From: an uncultured Pelagibacteraceae bacterium
GTDB taxonomy: Bacteria; Pseudomonadota; Alphaproteobacteria; Pelagibacterales; AG-422-B15
Reading direction: 5' to 3'
Assembly (NCBI GenBank): GCA_902634765.1
Contig: CACPLH010000004.1
Span: 20,081 to 84,080, forward strand
DNA: 64,000 bases
Positions 48,434 to 58,479 of this stretch are shown piece after piece. The position numbers were made by a program, and so were the translations under genes. The stretch's first letter is position 1; the number at the start of each line of letters is the position of its first letter. The notes beneath the pieces were generated by a model. That model saw only the letters and a program-made list of their open reading frames with translations, did no database searches and was not told where the DNA came from.

Positions 48434-49131
48434 TGAAAGATCACATTGTTTCAGCGTATGATGCGCAATTAGAATTAGTTAACTCTAATTTAATTAAAAT
48501 GGGTGGGTTAGTTGAAGATCAATTAAGAAATTCTCTTCAATCTTTAAGCAATAAGGACACATCCTTTGCTGAACAAATCATTTTTGATGATCATAAAATT
48601 AATGCACTTGAGAAAGAAATTGATGCACTTACATATAAAATTATAGCTATGAGGCAGCCATTAGCTAATGATTTAAGAGTTGTATTATCAGCTTTAAGTA
48701 TTTCAAATGATCTTGAGAGAATGGGTGATCATGCAACAAATATTGCAAAAAGAGTAGCTAATGTAAAAATAAACTTACCTGATGCGCCAACGATTGAAAT
48801 TGTAAAAATGGGCGAAGATGTCCAATTTATGATTAAGCAGGTGCTTGATTCATTCGTAAAAAAATCAGATAAGCTTGCAATAAAAGCATGGGATAACGAT
48901 GTAAACATTGATGACTCATATTTAAATATTTACCGAGAGTTGCTTGAAACAATGGCTGGAAACCCTGAAACAATAACTGGATGCTCCCATTTATTATCAA
49001 TTGCTAAAAATATTGAGAGAATTGGAGATTATGTACAAAATATTGCTGAAGATATTCATTTTATTGTTACTGGACAAGCACTTGAACGTAAGTCAGAAAA
49101 ACGAATTAATTGGGAGGACATAAATCAATAA
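48430..49131 (+). CDS. phoU: Phosphate signalling protein PhoU
   Basis: [25 protein letters not shown]. Confidence 0.93.
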   Translation: MMKDHIVSAYDAQLELVNSNLIKMGGLVEDQLRNSLQSLSNKDTSFAEQIIFDDHKINALEKEIDALTYKIIAMRQPLANDLRVVLSALSISNDLERMGDHATNIAKRVANVKINLPDAPTIEIVKMGEDVQFMIKQVLDSFVKKSDKLAIKAWDNDVNIDDSYLNIYRELLETMAGNPETITGCSHLLSIAKNIERIGDYVQNIAEDIHFIVTGQALERKSEKRINWEDINQ

Positions 49132-49817
49132 TGCGTCCTAAAATCTTGATCATTGAAGATGAATTATCTTTAGTTGAATTAATAACGTATAATTTAAAAA
49201 AAAATGGATACGATGTTGATGTCGCTAATGATGGTGAGGCTGCATTGGATAAGATATTTGGAGATGTGAAGTATGATTTAGTGCTCCTAGATTGGATGTT
49301 GCCACATATTTCTGGCCTTGAATTGTGCAGAAGAATTAGAAAGGATAAATCAACAAAAAATATCCCCCTTATAATGATTACTGCAAAAGGTGAAGAAGAA
49401 GATAAGATCAGAGCATTTGAAAATGAAATAGATGATTATATCACTAAGCCATTTTCTGTTAATGAGTTAGTTGCTAGAGTAAAGGCTGTTCTGAAAAGAT
49501 TAAGACCTATTTTTTACAATGAAGTATTAACCTATCAAGGTATTACACTAGATGTTGCTACCTATAGAGTATCAAGAGATGGAGAAGATATTAGACTTGG
49601 TCCAACAGAATTTAATTTATTAAGATTTTTGATGGAAAATCAAGGCAGAGTCTTTTCAAGACAACAATTATTAGATCATGTATGGACAACAAGTCCTTAT
49701 GTTGAACCAAGAACAGTCGATGTTCATATCAGAAGATTAAGAAAAGCATTAAATGAAGGATTTGAGTACGACCCAATTAGAACAATAAGATCGGCTGGAT
49801 ATTCTCTTGGTATATGA
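49131..49817 (+). CDS. phoB: Phosphate regulon response regulator PhoB
   Basis: LLDWMLP, DDYITKPFS, LGPTEF.LL, RTVDVHIRRLRK; ATG at 49131 overlaps the phoU stop. Confidence 0.93.
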   Translation: MRPKILIIEDELSLVELITYNLKKNGYDVDVANDGEAALDKIFGDVKYDLVLLDWMLPHISGLELCRRIRKDKSTKNIPLIMITAKGEEEDKIRAFENEIDDYITKPFSVNELVARVKAVLKRLRPIFYNEVLTYQGITLDVATYRVSRDGEDIRLGPTEFNLLRFLMENQGRVFSRQQLLDHVWTTSPYVEPRTVDVHIRRLRKALNEGFEYDPIRTIRSAGYSLGI

Positions 49818-50242
49818 ACATTAAAAATGTTTTATATTTATGTACACAAAATTCAGCTAGAAGCATTATAGCTGAAGCAATTACCAATTATAAATATAGC
49901 GAGAGTCTGAAAGGTTTTAGTGCTGGAAGCGCACCCTCAGGAATAATAAATCCTAAAACTCTTGATTTATTGAATGAAATGAAAATACCAACAGAGAAAC
50001 TTCATAGTAAAAGTTGGGACGTATTTGGTGAATCCAACTCTCCCTCTATGGATTATGTCGTTACTGTATGTGGGAATGCAGCTAAAGAAACATGTCCGAT
50101 CTGGCCGGGTGCTCCAAAAACATTTCATTTCAATATTGAAGATCCTGTTAAACAGAATTTAAACGAAGAAGAACACAAAAAGTTTTTTAGATCTACATTT
50201 GATTATATTGATCAATTAATAAAAGAAAACTTGCTGAAATAA
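49814..50242 (+). CDS. arsC: Arsenate reductase (LMW-PTP fold)
   Basis: LCTQNSARS, SAGS.P, SKSW, VTVC.NAA.ETCP.WPG, EDP. Confidence 0.88.
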   Translation: MNIKNVLYLCTQNSARSIIAEAITNYKYSESLKGFSAGSAPSGIINPKTLDLLNEMKIPTEKLHSKSWDVFGESNSPSMDYVVTVCGNAAKETCPIWPGAPKTFHFNIEDPVKQNLNEEEHKKFFRSTFDYIDQLIKENLLK

Positions 50243-50243
50243 T

Positions 50244-50882
50244 ATGCTTCAAAAACTACTTTCTGAATATCTGGGTACACTCTTACTTGTTTTCTCGGTA
50301 GTAGGATCAGGGATAATGGCCGAAAATCTATCTCCTACAAATGAAGGTGTTGTATTGCTTGCTAATGCAATAGCAACAGGAGCAATGCTTTACGTGATAA
50401 TATCAATATTTGGTCCAATATCTGGAGCTCATTTTAATCCAGTTGTTACACTTTATTTTAGATTTAAATCAGATATTAATAACGTAACGATGATATTATT
50501 TATCATTTTTCAACTAGTGGGTGGCACTTCTGGAGTCATTTTAGCAAATTATATTTTTGATGATTTATTTATTGAATTTTCAACTAAAGAAAGAACAGGA
50601 ATTAATATTCATGTCTCTGAAGTTGTTGCAACAATAGGCTTATTAATTACAATTGTGCTCACACTAAAGGCAAAAAGAGATCCAGCAATAGCGGTGGCTT
50701 TATATATAACCGGGGCTTATTGGTTCACATCTTCAACATCATTTGCAAATCCTGCTGTCACGATCAGTAGATCATTCACCAACACATTTACCGGTATAGA
50801 TCCACAGCACGTGTTGATGTTTATTTTTATGCAATTAATTGGACTCTTAATTGCATATTTTATTCTTCGGTTTTACGATTAA
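50244..50882 (+). CDS. MIP/aquaglyceroporin, AqpS-like arsenite channel
   Basis: VVGSGIMA, SGAHFNPVVT, AYWFTSSTSFANPAVT; follows arsC. Confidence 0.85.
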   Translation: MLQKLLSEYLGTLLLVFSVVGSGIMAENLSPTNEGVVLLANAIATGAMLYVIISIFGPISGAHFNPVVTLYFRFKSDINNVTMILFIIFQLVGGTSGVILANYIFDDLFIEFSTKERTGINIHVSEVVATIGLLITIVLTLKAKRDPAIAVALYITGAYWFTSSTSFANPAVTISRSFTNTFTGIDPQHVLMFIFMQLIGLLIAYFILRFYD

Positions 50883-52025
50883 TTATATCGCTTGTCCAGA
50901 TACCCATACTTTTTTTACTATTGGTAAATTGTTATAAATACTGAAACTAACTAGGTCCGCCTTCATGCCGCACTGTATACTACCTCTGTCTAGAAGCTGT
51001 GTAGCTATTGCTGGGTTTCTTGAAATTGAGGCAATTGCTTTTGGCATATTACCGGACTCTAAACCCCACTTGACAGCTGAAGAAAGTAGGGATGACGGGA
51101 TATAGTCAGAGCTAAAAATATCAAGGCAATTTTCGTCTATGAGTTCTTGAGCTGAAATATTTCCAGAATGTGACCCACCTCTCATTAAATTTGGCGAACC
51201 CATGATAATTTTCATGTCTTCTTTTTGCGACTCTTTTGCTGCTTCGATTGTTGTTGGAAATTCTGCTATTGAAACTCCTAGATTTTTTGAACTTAATACA
51301 TCTTCTATAGTAGTGTCATCATGACTCGCAAGAACACATTGAAATCTCATTTGTGCTTCAGATATTTTCTTTATATGTATTTCACTATTTTTTGACTGCA
51401 GTGCTTTTAATTTAGAGAAGTGATTTTCCATTTCTTCATCAGATAGTTGATATTTACCTGCTAAATATTCCTTATATTTATCTGTATTTCTAAATTGTCT
51501 TTGTCCCGGTGTATGGTCCATAATGCTTATCATTTTAACGTTGCTTGATTCATCAAACTCATCAAGTTCATTTGCTAACGTTTCAGATGCGGTTTCTGCA
51601 CGCAAGTGAATATAATGGTCAATTTTAAAAAGTTTATTTTTTTTTAAAGTTGAAATTTGGTCAGCTGTTGCTTTAGCATATTTTTTATATTCACCTTGAA
51701 GGTTCCCTTTTGGTATCGATCCAACTCTAAGTGCGTCAAATACCGTAGTTATACCGACGGAAGACAATTCTCTATCATGAGCTAGCAATGCGTTTATAAT
51801 TGGCCATTCTACTTTTGGCCTGGGTGTTAAATGTCTTTCGATATTATCTGTATGAAGTTCGATTAAACCAGGAATTAAGAAATCCTTGTTTAAATCGAAA
51901 GCAGAATTTCCTGTATAATTTCCTTTACTTAAATCCTTTATTATACCGTTTGCAATGTAAACATGGCCCATAAAAGATTCTTCCGGACAAACAATATGGG
52001 CATTTTTTATTACAAATTCATTCAT
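50883..52025 (-). CDS. phnM: Ribose 1-methylphosphonate 5-triphosphate diphosphatase
   Basis: PGLIELHTDN.E, MDHTPGQRQF, SHDD, AEFP, GGSHSGN, SSDY. Confidence 0.93.
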   Translation of the reverse strand: MNEFVIKNAHIVCPEESFMGHVYIANGIIKDLSKGNYTGNSAFDLNKDFLIPGLIELHTDNIERHLTPRPKVEWPIINALLAHDRELSSVGITTVFDALRVGSIPKGNLQGEYKKYAKATADQISTLKKNKLFKIDHYIHLRAETASETLANELDEFDESSNVKMISIMDHTPGQRQFRNTDKYKEYLAGKYQLSDEEMENHFSKLKALQSKNSEIHIKKISEAQMRFQCVLASHDDTTIEDVLSSKNLGVSIAEFPTTIEAAKESQKEDMKIIMGSPNLMRGGSHSGNISAQELIDENCLDIFSSDYIPSSLLSSAVKWGLESGNMPKAIASISRNPAIATQLLDRGSIQCGMKADLVSFSIYNNLPIVKKVWVSGQAI

Positions 52026-52074
52026 ATTTATTTAACAAGATATTACTAATTTATTAGATTATTGTTAAAGTATT

Positions 52075-52791
52075 ATGACTAATTACAAAAGAGTGGCAAT
52101 TTACTTTTTGCCTAAAAAAAACTCGAGTTTAGATAACTTCGGGAAAAACCTTTTAGGTAGAGATATCAATAAAAAGAAAAAAATATCACTTACAAGACGT
52201 CAAAAATATTTTATTAATAGAGGTTTTACATACTTTGATGAACTTAAAGACTATTGTGAACAGCCAGCAAAGTATGGGTTTCACGCAACATTAAAGGCAC
52301 CATTTAGACTTAAAAGAAATGTTAAAACACAAAATTTTTATGATGTTATTAGCCATATAGCAGCACAACATAGTAGATTTAAGATAAAAGGTTTAAAGAT
52401 TGTTTATAGTAAAAAATTTACTTTCATAACTAGCAGAAAACCAAATAAACTATTAATAAACCTTGAGAATGATCTTGTTAAACATCTAGATACTTTTAGG
52501 GCAGAGCTAAATAAAACAGAAATAAAAAAAAGAATCCCTGATTCTTTAACTATTAAGCAAAACAAATATTTAAAAGAGTGGGGATATCCATTCGTCTTTG
52601 ATCAATTTAAATTTCATATGACGCTAATGAACCAAAATAACAATAAATTATCTAACAAACAAAAATTAGAACTAGAAAAATTAATTTACAAAATATCAAA
52701 TAATGTAATTGAATTTAATGAAATTAGTTTACTTGGTGAAAATAAAAATGGCCATTTTGAGGAAATAAAAAGGTTTAAATTAAACTTTTAA
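52075..52791 (+). CDS. DUF1045 phosphonate-associated 2H phosphoesterase
   Basis: R.AIYF.P, YGFHATLKAPF, WGYPFV..QF.FHMTL. Confidence 0.85.
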   Translation: MTNYKRVAIYFLPKKNSSLDNFGKNLLGRDINKKKKISLTRRQKYFINRGFTYFDELKDYCEQPAKYGFHATLKAPFRLKRNVKTQNFYDVISHIAAQHSRFKIKGLKIVYSKKFTFITSRKPNKLLINLENDLVKHLDTFRAELNKTEIKKRIPDSLTIKQNKYLKEWGYPFVFDQFKFHMTLMNQNNNKLSNKQKLELEKLIYKISNNVIEFNEISLLGENKNGHFEEIKRFKLNF

Positions 52792-53326
52792 TTAATGCAG
52801 TTAAATTCATAATACCTTGATCAATACTGCTATTATTTTCTACAAATTTTGTACTTGTTGGTAAATTATAATTTTCTCTTTTTATTCGAGAGTTGATTTC
52901 GAATTCGTTCTCTCTTTTTCTATCAAAAATTCGTTGACTCAATAAATTGCTAGTAGCATTTATGTGTATAACGATAGAAGAGGATATATCATATAATATA
53001 TTATTTATATATTCTCTAGATCCAGCAAATATTATGTTTTTCCCATCTTTAAGATCATCAATTGCATCTTTGTGAATACCATAATTGCAACTATTTGCAT
53101 TCCATGTTGTACAAAATAAATTTTCACTCTTCATTTGTGTAAATATTTTTTCATCAATAGGGTTATAGTCTTCATTAATATCTATTTTAGTTCTTGTAAT
53201 GTATCTTTTGATCGCCTTTAGATTATCGATATTTTTACAGGCTCCATTTATAAGGGTATTTTTACCAGATCCTGATGGACCTAAGACGATAAAAGCCTTG
53301 CCGTTTCTTTTAATGCTTTGTTTCAA
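52775..53326 (-). CDS. phnN: Ribose 1,5-bisphosphokinase
   Basis: GPSGSGKNTL, RYITR, W.A....YG, GSR. Confidence 0.85.
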   Translation of the reverse strand: MKQSIKRNGKAFIVLGPSGSGKNTLINGACKNIDNLKAIKRYITRTKIDINEDYNPIDEKIFTQMKSENLFCTTWNANSCNYGIHKDAIDDLKDGKNIIFAGSREYINNILYDISSSIVIHINATSNLLSQRIFDRKRENEFEINSRIKRENYNLPTSTKFVENNSSIDQGIMNLTALIKSLI

Positions 53327-53984
53327 TGTTTAGATCAATCTCTCTTACATTCAACTTTTTTCGAGAATATTCGTCATGAAAGATTCCAATAATTGATACG
53401 CCTCTATTAGATTTCGCTTTAATTAAATTGATAATTATATCACGATTTCTACTGTCAAGACTTGCAGTTGGTTCATCGAGTAACAAGTAAGGAAGGTCTT
53501 TTATAAAACCTCGTGCGATATTAATTCTCTGTTGCTCGCCCCCAGAAAAAGTTAGCGGAGATAAGTGCCACAAATTCTTCTCAATATTTAAGTCCTTTAA
53601 AAGTTTTATCGATTTTTTATAAGCATTATTTTTATTATCACCTGAATTTAATAATGGTTCCATTATTACATCTAAAGCAGAAATACGGGGTATCACTTTT
53701 AAAAATTGGCTCACATACCCAATTGAAGTTTTTCTAAGTTTAAGTATTTCCTGAGCCGATAGAGTGGCAATATTTTTATTATTTATAATTATAGCACCCT
53801 TATCAATTATATAACTTCCATAAATCATCTTTAAAATACTTGATTTACCTATGCCTGATGGTCCTTTAAGGGCTACAATTTCACCTGGATTAACCTCAAA
53901 ATTTAAATTTTTAAAAACTGTTATCTTCGCGTTATTTTGGTTAAATAAAGTAAACGATTTATTAACTTTTTTTACCTCAATCAT
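53310..53984 (-). CDS. phnL: C-P lyase subunit PhnL
   Basis: KSFTL, GYVSQFL.VIPR, TFSGGEQQRINIARG, GIFHD. Confidence 0.92.
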   Translation of the reverse strand: MIEVKKVNKSFTLFNQNNAKITVFKNLNFEVNPGEIVALKGPSGIGKSSILKMIYGSYIIDKGAIIINNKNIATLSAQEILKLRKTSIGYVSQFLKVIPRISALDVIMEPLLNSGDNKNNAYKKSIKLLKDLNIEKNLWHLSPLTFSGGEQQRINIARGFIKDLPYLLLDEPTASLDSRNRDIIINLIKAKSNRGVSIIGIFHDEYSRKKLNVREIDLNIETKH

Positions 53985-53985
53985 A

Positions 53986-54756
53986 TTAAACTTGTAACAC
54001 CGAACTTACTAATAGCTGTGTATATTCTTGCTGAGGATCTTCAAGTACCTGATCGCTTAAACCAGACTCGATTACAGTACCGTTTTTCATGACAATCATT
54101 TTATCTGCAAGTAATCTGATAACGGCTAAATCATGTGATACAATAATTACTGTAAGGTTCAACTCATTAACAAGTGATCTTATCAAATCAAGAACACGAG
54201 CTTGAACTGAAACATCTAGCCCACCAGTTGGTTCATCCATAAAAATAACATTTGGGCTTGTTATTAGATTTTTTGCTATTTGAAGTCTTTGAAGCATTCC
54301 ACCTGAGAAAGTAATGGGTAGATCATCAATTCTACTTTTGTCTATTTCAACTTTATTCACCCATTTTGTTGCTAAGCTTCTTATATTTCCATAATGTCTA
54401 TAGCCAACAGACATTAATTTTTCGCCTATATTACCACCTGCTGATACATTTAATCTTAATCCGTCACGTGGGTTTTGATGAACAAAAGCTAAATCTGTTC
54501 TAATAAATTTTCTTTTCTCTGACTCTGATATATTTAAAAAGTCGGTTTCTTTGTTGTTAATATTGAAAATTATTTTTCCTCTATCAGGCTCAAGATTGCC
54601 GGATAAGCAGTTAATTAAGGTTGTTTTACCGGAACCAGACTCACCGACAATGCCCAATACTTCACCTGGATATAGTGACATTGAAATATTTTTACATCCA
54701 ACAATATTATCATAAGATTTGCTTAAATTTGTAACTTTTAAAAGAGGGATTATCAT
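53986..54756 (-). CDS. phnK: C-P lyase subunit PhnK
   Basis: QNPRDGLR, SAGGNIGE, FSGGMLQRLQIA, YTQLLVSS. Confidence 0.93.
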   Translation of the reverse strand: MIIPLLKVTNLSKSYDNIVGCKNISMSLYPGEVLGIVGESGSGKTTLINCLSGNLEPDRGKIIFNINNKETDFLNISESEKRKFIRTDLAFVHQNPRDGLRLNVSAGGNIGEKLMSVGYRHYGNIRSLATKWVNKVEIDKSRIDDLPITFSGGMLQRLQIAKNLITSPNVIFMDEPTGGLDVSVQARVLDLIRSLVNELNLTVIIVSHDLAVIRLLADKMIVMKNGTVIESGLSDQVLEDPQQEYTQLLVSSVLQV

Positions 54757-55643
54757 TTATTTTTTCTTTTATTACAAAAATCTGTATCTGAGCAAATAAA
54801 AGATTTATTTCCCGCATCATCAACAATAATCTCATCTAAATATGTATTCTTTGATCCACAAATATCACACGCGTGTTCAGCTTTAAATGGGTCAAATGGG
54901 TAGTCTTCAAAATCGAGACTTTTAACTTTTGTATATGGTGGAATAGCATAAATTCTTTGTTCTCTTCCAGCACCAAATAGCTGTATCGCTGGTGAGTTAT
55001 TCATTTTAGGATTATCAAATTTAGGTATTGGGGATGGATCCATTATATAACGATCATTAGTTTTTACTGGATAAGCGTAAGCGGTTTCTATATGCCCATT
55101 TTTTGATATATCTTCATAGAGCTTTACGTGCATTGCGCCATATTCGGAAAGAGAGTGCATTTTTATTGTTTCAGATACTTTAGGTTCTAGAAAGGCCAAG
55201 GGTTCAGGGATGGGTACCTGATAAACAAATATTTGTTTCTTTTTTAATGGTGTTTCAGGAATTCTATGTCTAGTTTGTATCAGTGTTGCTTTTTCAGTAA
55301 TTTCAGTAGTTTTAATATTTGAAGTTTTTTTGAAAAAATTTCTTATTGATACAGCGTTGGTAGTATCGTCAGCTCCCTGATCTATTATTTTTAAAGTGTC
55401 TCTTTTTGTTAAGCAGCTCGCAGTAACTTGGACTCCACCTGTTCCCCATCCATATGGCATAGGCATTTCTCTAGAGGCAAAAGGAACCTGATAACCTGGA
55501 ATACATAAAGCTTTTATTATTGCACGTCTTACCATTTTTTTTGTATTCTCATCTAAATACGCAAAATTATATTCTTGATCAAAAGGTAGACCTTTGTCTA
55601 CTTTGAAATCTTTAATCTTAATTACGTTATTTGTTTTTCTCAT
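54753..55643 (-). CDS. phnJ: Radical-SAM C-P lyase PhnJ
   Basis: YNFAYLDE, PGYQVPF, YGWGTGG, CDICGS...CSDTDFC; ATG at 55643 preferred. Confidence 0.95.
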   Translation of the reverse strand: MRKTNNVIKIKDFKVDKGLPFDQEYNFAYLDENTKKMVRRAIIKALCIPGYQVPFASREMPMPYGWGTGGVQVTASCLTKRDTLKIIDQGADDTTNAVSIRNFFKKTSNIKTTEITEKATLIQTRHRIPETPLKKKQIFVYQVPIPEPLAFLEPKVSETIKMHSLSEYGAMHVKLYEDISKNGHIETAYAYPVKTNDRYIMDPSPIPKFDNPKMNNSPAIQLFGAGREQRIYAIPPYTKVKSLDFEDYPFDPFKAEHACDICGSKNTYLDEIIVDDAGNKSFICSDTDFCNKRKNK

Positions 55644-56697
55644 ACTCTTTACGAATTCTTCTAACCAATTCCAGCTCTGATTGAAAATCAACATAATGGG
55701 GTAACTTTAAATGTTCCAAAAACCCAGTTGCCTGTATATTATCACAATGTGACAATACAAACTCTTCATCCTGAGCAGGAGCTCCGACAAACTCTTCACC
55801 AATTTCTTTCCACCTTAATGCCCTATCGACTAGGGCCATTGATACTGCCTTTCTTTCTAATTGACCAAATGTCAATCCATATCCTCGTGTAAATTGTGCG
55901 GGTGTTTTTTTGCTTCCTTGAAATTGATTTACACTTTCGCACTCAGTAACAATTATTTCTGCAATATCGATCTCAATGTCTAATTCTGGAATGTTGTACT
56001 TAACTTTTACATAACCAATTCTTAATTCACCTACAAAAGCATGATTTCTAGCGTAGCCTCTTTGAGTTGAATAAGCTAAAGCAAGAAGAAATCCTTCATC
56101 GGCTCTAGAAAGTGATTGTAACCTCTCACTTCTATTAGCTGGAAACTCAAGTGGATTTCTTGTGATGTCTTTTGGCTGATAATTATTATTTTTTTCTTTT
56201 TGAATAAGGCCTTCTTTATTTAAAAATCTCAGTACGTGAGGTATTTTTTCCTTTAATACTTTTCGTTTTTCTGCCTTAGGTATATTGCCTTCAGCCAGTA
56301 AACTAAAGTCTAAAAGTCTGTGTGTATAATCAAATGTAGGCCCCAATTTTTGTTTTCCGGGAATATCTTTATAAGTTGCTGAGATTCTTCTCATGCATAC
56401 CATATCTTCTGTTTTAATAGGGGGGGATGTTCCAAATCTTGGTAGAGTTGTACGATAGGCCCTGATTAAGAAGATGGCTTCAATAAGGTCACCTCTTGAT
56501 TGTTTTATGGCGAGAGCTGCTAGATCAGTATCATATAATGATCCTTCTGACATGACCCTTTCAACAGACAATGTCAACTGTTCTTTAATTTGATCAATTT
56601 CGAGGTTGGGAACATTAACATCACCTCTCCTTATTTCTGAAAGCCAATTATGAGCATTTTCAATTGCTTTTTCACCACCTTTAACAGCTACATACAT
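55627..56697 (-). CDS. phnI: C-P lyase subunit PhnI
   Basis: MYVAVKGGEKAI, GPTFDYTHRL, HLKLPHYVDFQ. Confidence 0.96.
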   Translation of the reverse strand: MYVAVKGGEKAIENAHNWLSEIRRGDVNVPNLEIDQIKEQLTLSVERVMSEGSLYDTDLAALAIKQSRGDLIEAIFLIRAYRTTLPRFGTSPPIKTEDMVCMRRISATYKDIPGKQKLGPTFDYTHRLLDFSLLAEGNIPKAEKRKVLKEKIPHVLRFLNKEGLIQKEKNNNYQPKDITRNPLEFPANRSERLQSLSRADEGFLLALAYSTQRGYARNHAFVGELRIGYVKVKYNIPELDIEIDIAEIIVTECESVNQFQGSKKTPAQFTRGYGLTFGQLERKAVSMALVDRALRWKEIGEEFVGAPAQDEEFVLSHCDNIQATGFLEHLKLPHYVDFQSELELVRRIRKEYEKNK

Positions 56698-56702
56698 AGA
56701 AA

Positions 56703-57269
56703 CTATCCTTTCTTTTTAATTTTTATTGATCTTGGAATGCAAAAAAAATTGCTTTTATTGGTAAAATAGAAATCTATACCAAGGGGGAAGTAGTTATTTA
56801 CATCACTTATTTTATTCGCATGAGGTAAGTAGATATCTTTGCTACCTTTGATACCGGGCCCCGAAATACTTACATTGTCTGATTTAAATGGTGTCTCAAT
56901 TATTAATGTACATGATCTATCCGGAAACTCGTCTGATCCTCTAGAGAATTCTGTAAGGGGCAACATGTCATTGAAAGTACCAATTGCAAAATTTGCAAAT
57001 TTTTTATCTACTATTTTAGAGTTTGTATGAAAGGCTACCCAATCTCTTAAGGATTTAGTGTCTAATGATTTTCCAATATAAATGGCGCTGGTGTGATCGC
57101 ACATAGTGGACAAAATAGTAGCTGAAGATGTAGAAATTTGTTTAGGTTTATTTATCTCTAAAAACTTTTCAATTGATCCAGGATAAGAAGTTGCAAACAA
57201 TATAGCTCTGAATGCATCGGCTTTTATAATAGACTCGTTTTCATTTGTATTAATCATTTCAAGTTTCAC
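56703..57269 (-). CDS. phnH: C-P lyase subunit PhnH
   Basis: FR.IL.A.S.PG, FHT, GS.EFPDRSCTL, GPGI, FPLGID, IPRS. Confidence 0.88.
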   Translation of the reverse strand: MKLEMINTNENESIIKADAFRAILFATSYPGSIEKFLEINKPKQISTSSATILSTMCDHTSAIYIGKSLDTKSLRDWVAFHTNSKIVDKKFANFAIGTFNDMLPLTEFSRGSDEFPDRSCTLIIETPFKSDNVSISGPGIKGSKDIYLPHANKISDVNNYFPLGIDFYFTNKSNFFCIPRSIKIKKKG

Positions 57270-57690
57270 CTCGCACCAATGTAAAGAAATCGACAGCTGT
57301 TGACTCTGATTTTGACATTACATCTTTTTTTAAATTTTTATCGCTTACAACTAGAGGGCGTATTATATTTTTGATTAAAAAATCTCTTTTATTTGTTTGC
57401 AGTAAAGCATCGCATATAGCAACAATTTCAGCCTTATATTTATTTCTTCCTTGCACGTATCCGTGACCAATTTTTCCTTGTGAGGTTTTCAATTGACAAC
57501 GGGTAATAGTAACTTCACCAAAATTGAAATTATTTCCTGTTACTCCAATTTTTCCTTGACACATTATACTGCCTATTTCCGGTTTTCTAAGCCATGTGAA
57601 ATTTACCTCAATACCAAATTTTTCCCAAAGAGAAGTTAGGTGGGCATCATTGCATGTAGCCAATGTACTAAGCCAAAATTTTCTTTCCAT
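57259..57690 (-). CDS. phnG: C-P lyase subunit PhnG
   Basis: R..W.S.LA, LRKPEIG, FN.GEVTITRC, GYVQGR, T.VDFFTLVRG. Confidence 0.92.
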   Translation of the reverse strand: MERKFWLSTLATCNDAHLTSLWEKFGIEVNFTWLRKPEIGSIMCQGKIGVTGNNFNFGEVTITRCQLKTSQGKIGHGYVQGRNKYKAEIVAICDALLQTNKRDFLIKNIIRPLVVSDKNLKKDVMSKSESTAVDFFTLVRGET

Positions 57691-57696
57691 ATTAAT

Positions 57697-57723
57697 CTAT
57701 ACAACTATACAAGTATACTATAC
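57697..57723. promoter_or_regulatory. Putative PhnF operator (repeated CTATAC/GTATAC)
   Basis: CTATACAA-CTATACAA-GTATAC-TATAC just upstream of phnG, in the phnG/phnF divergent gap. Confidence 0.45.
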
Positions 57724-57752
57724 TTATTATGACGATTCGTTTCAATTTATTT

Positions 57753-57770
57753 ATTAAAAATATGTTACAA
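57753..57770 (-). promoter_or_regulatory. Putative Pho box for the phnG operon
   Basis: Minus strand TTGTAAC-ATAT-TTTTAAT. Confidence 0.4.
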
Positions 57771-57777
57771 TAGCTAA

Positions 57778-58479
57778 ATGTTTGCCTGGGAAGAAATAAG
57801 GGACTCAATAAAAAAAGATATTATTGATCGTAAGCTTCGATTAGGGGAAAAAATCTATTCTGAAAACTATTATGCTAAGCTTTTTAAGGTGAATAGGCAT
57901 ACAGTTAGACGTGGAATCGAGGCCCTTAAAAAAGAAAATATCATTTATTCGAGAAGAGGTTTAGGATATTTTCTCAACTCTAAGAAAATAAATTATAAAA
58001 TCGGAAAAACAGTAAGGGCATCACAGAATTTAAATCAAGAGACTACTGATATTGCTGTAGATATTATTTCTATAGATAAGAGAAAAGGGTACAGCAATGA
58101 AATAAGAGAATTTAATTTAAAAAAAAATGATTCAGTTTTCTATATTTATACAATCTCTAAAGCTAATGGTATTCCACTTATTTTAACAGAAAGATTAGTC
58201 CCAGAAAAAAGATTTAAAAATTTTGATTTATTTTTTCGTAAAACTGGCTCTATGACATTGTCCTTTAATAAATATGGATTAAAAAAAATATATAGAAAAA
58301 AAACAACAGTATCAGCAGAGAGTGCGAATAATGTACAATCCAAATATTTAAAAATAAATATCGGAGACCCGTTAATACATACAAAAGCAATAAATACAGA
58401 TATTAATAACAAACCAATTGAGATAAGTGATAGTTATTTCGTTGGAAGTAAAATTCAATTAGAAGTAAGCAAATTATAA
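57778..58479 (+). CDS. phnF: GntR/HutC-family regulator PhnF
   Basis: F.VNRHTVRR HTH, RGLG, UTRA domain; divergent from phnG. Confidence 0.85.
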   Translation: MFAWEEIRDSIKKDIIDRKLRLGEKIYSENYYAKLFKVNRHTVRRGIEALKKENIIYSRRGLGYFLNSKKINYKIGKTVRASQNLNQETTDIAVDIISIDKRKGYSNEIREFNLKKNDSVFYIYTISKANGIPLILTERLVPEKRFKNFDLFFRKTGSMTLSFNKYGLKKIYRKKTTVSAESANNVQSKYLKINIGDPLIHTKAINTDINNKPIEISDSYFVGSKIQLEVSKL

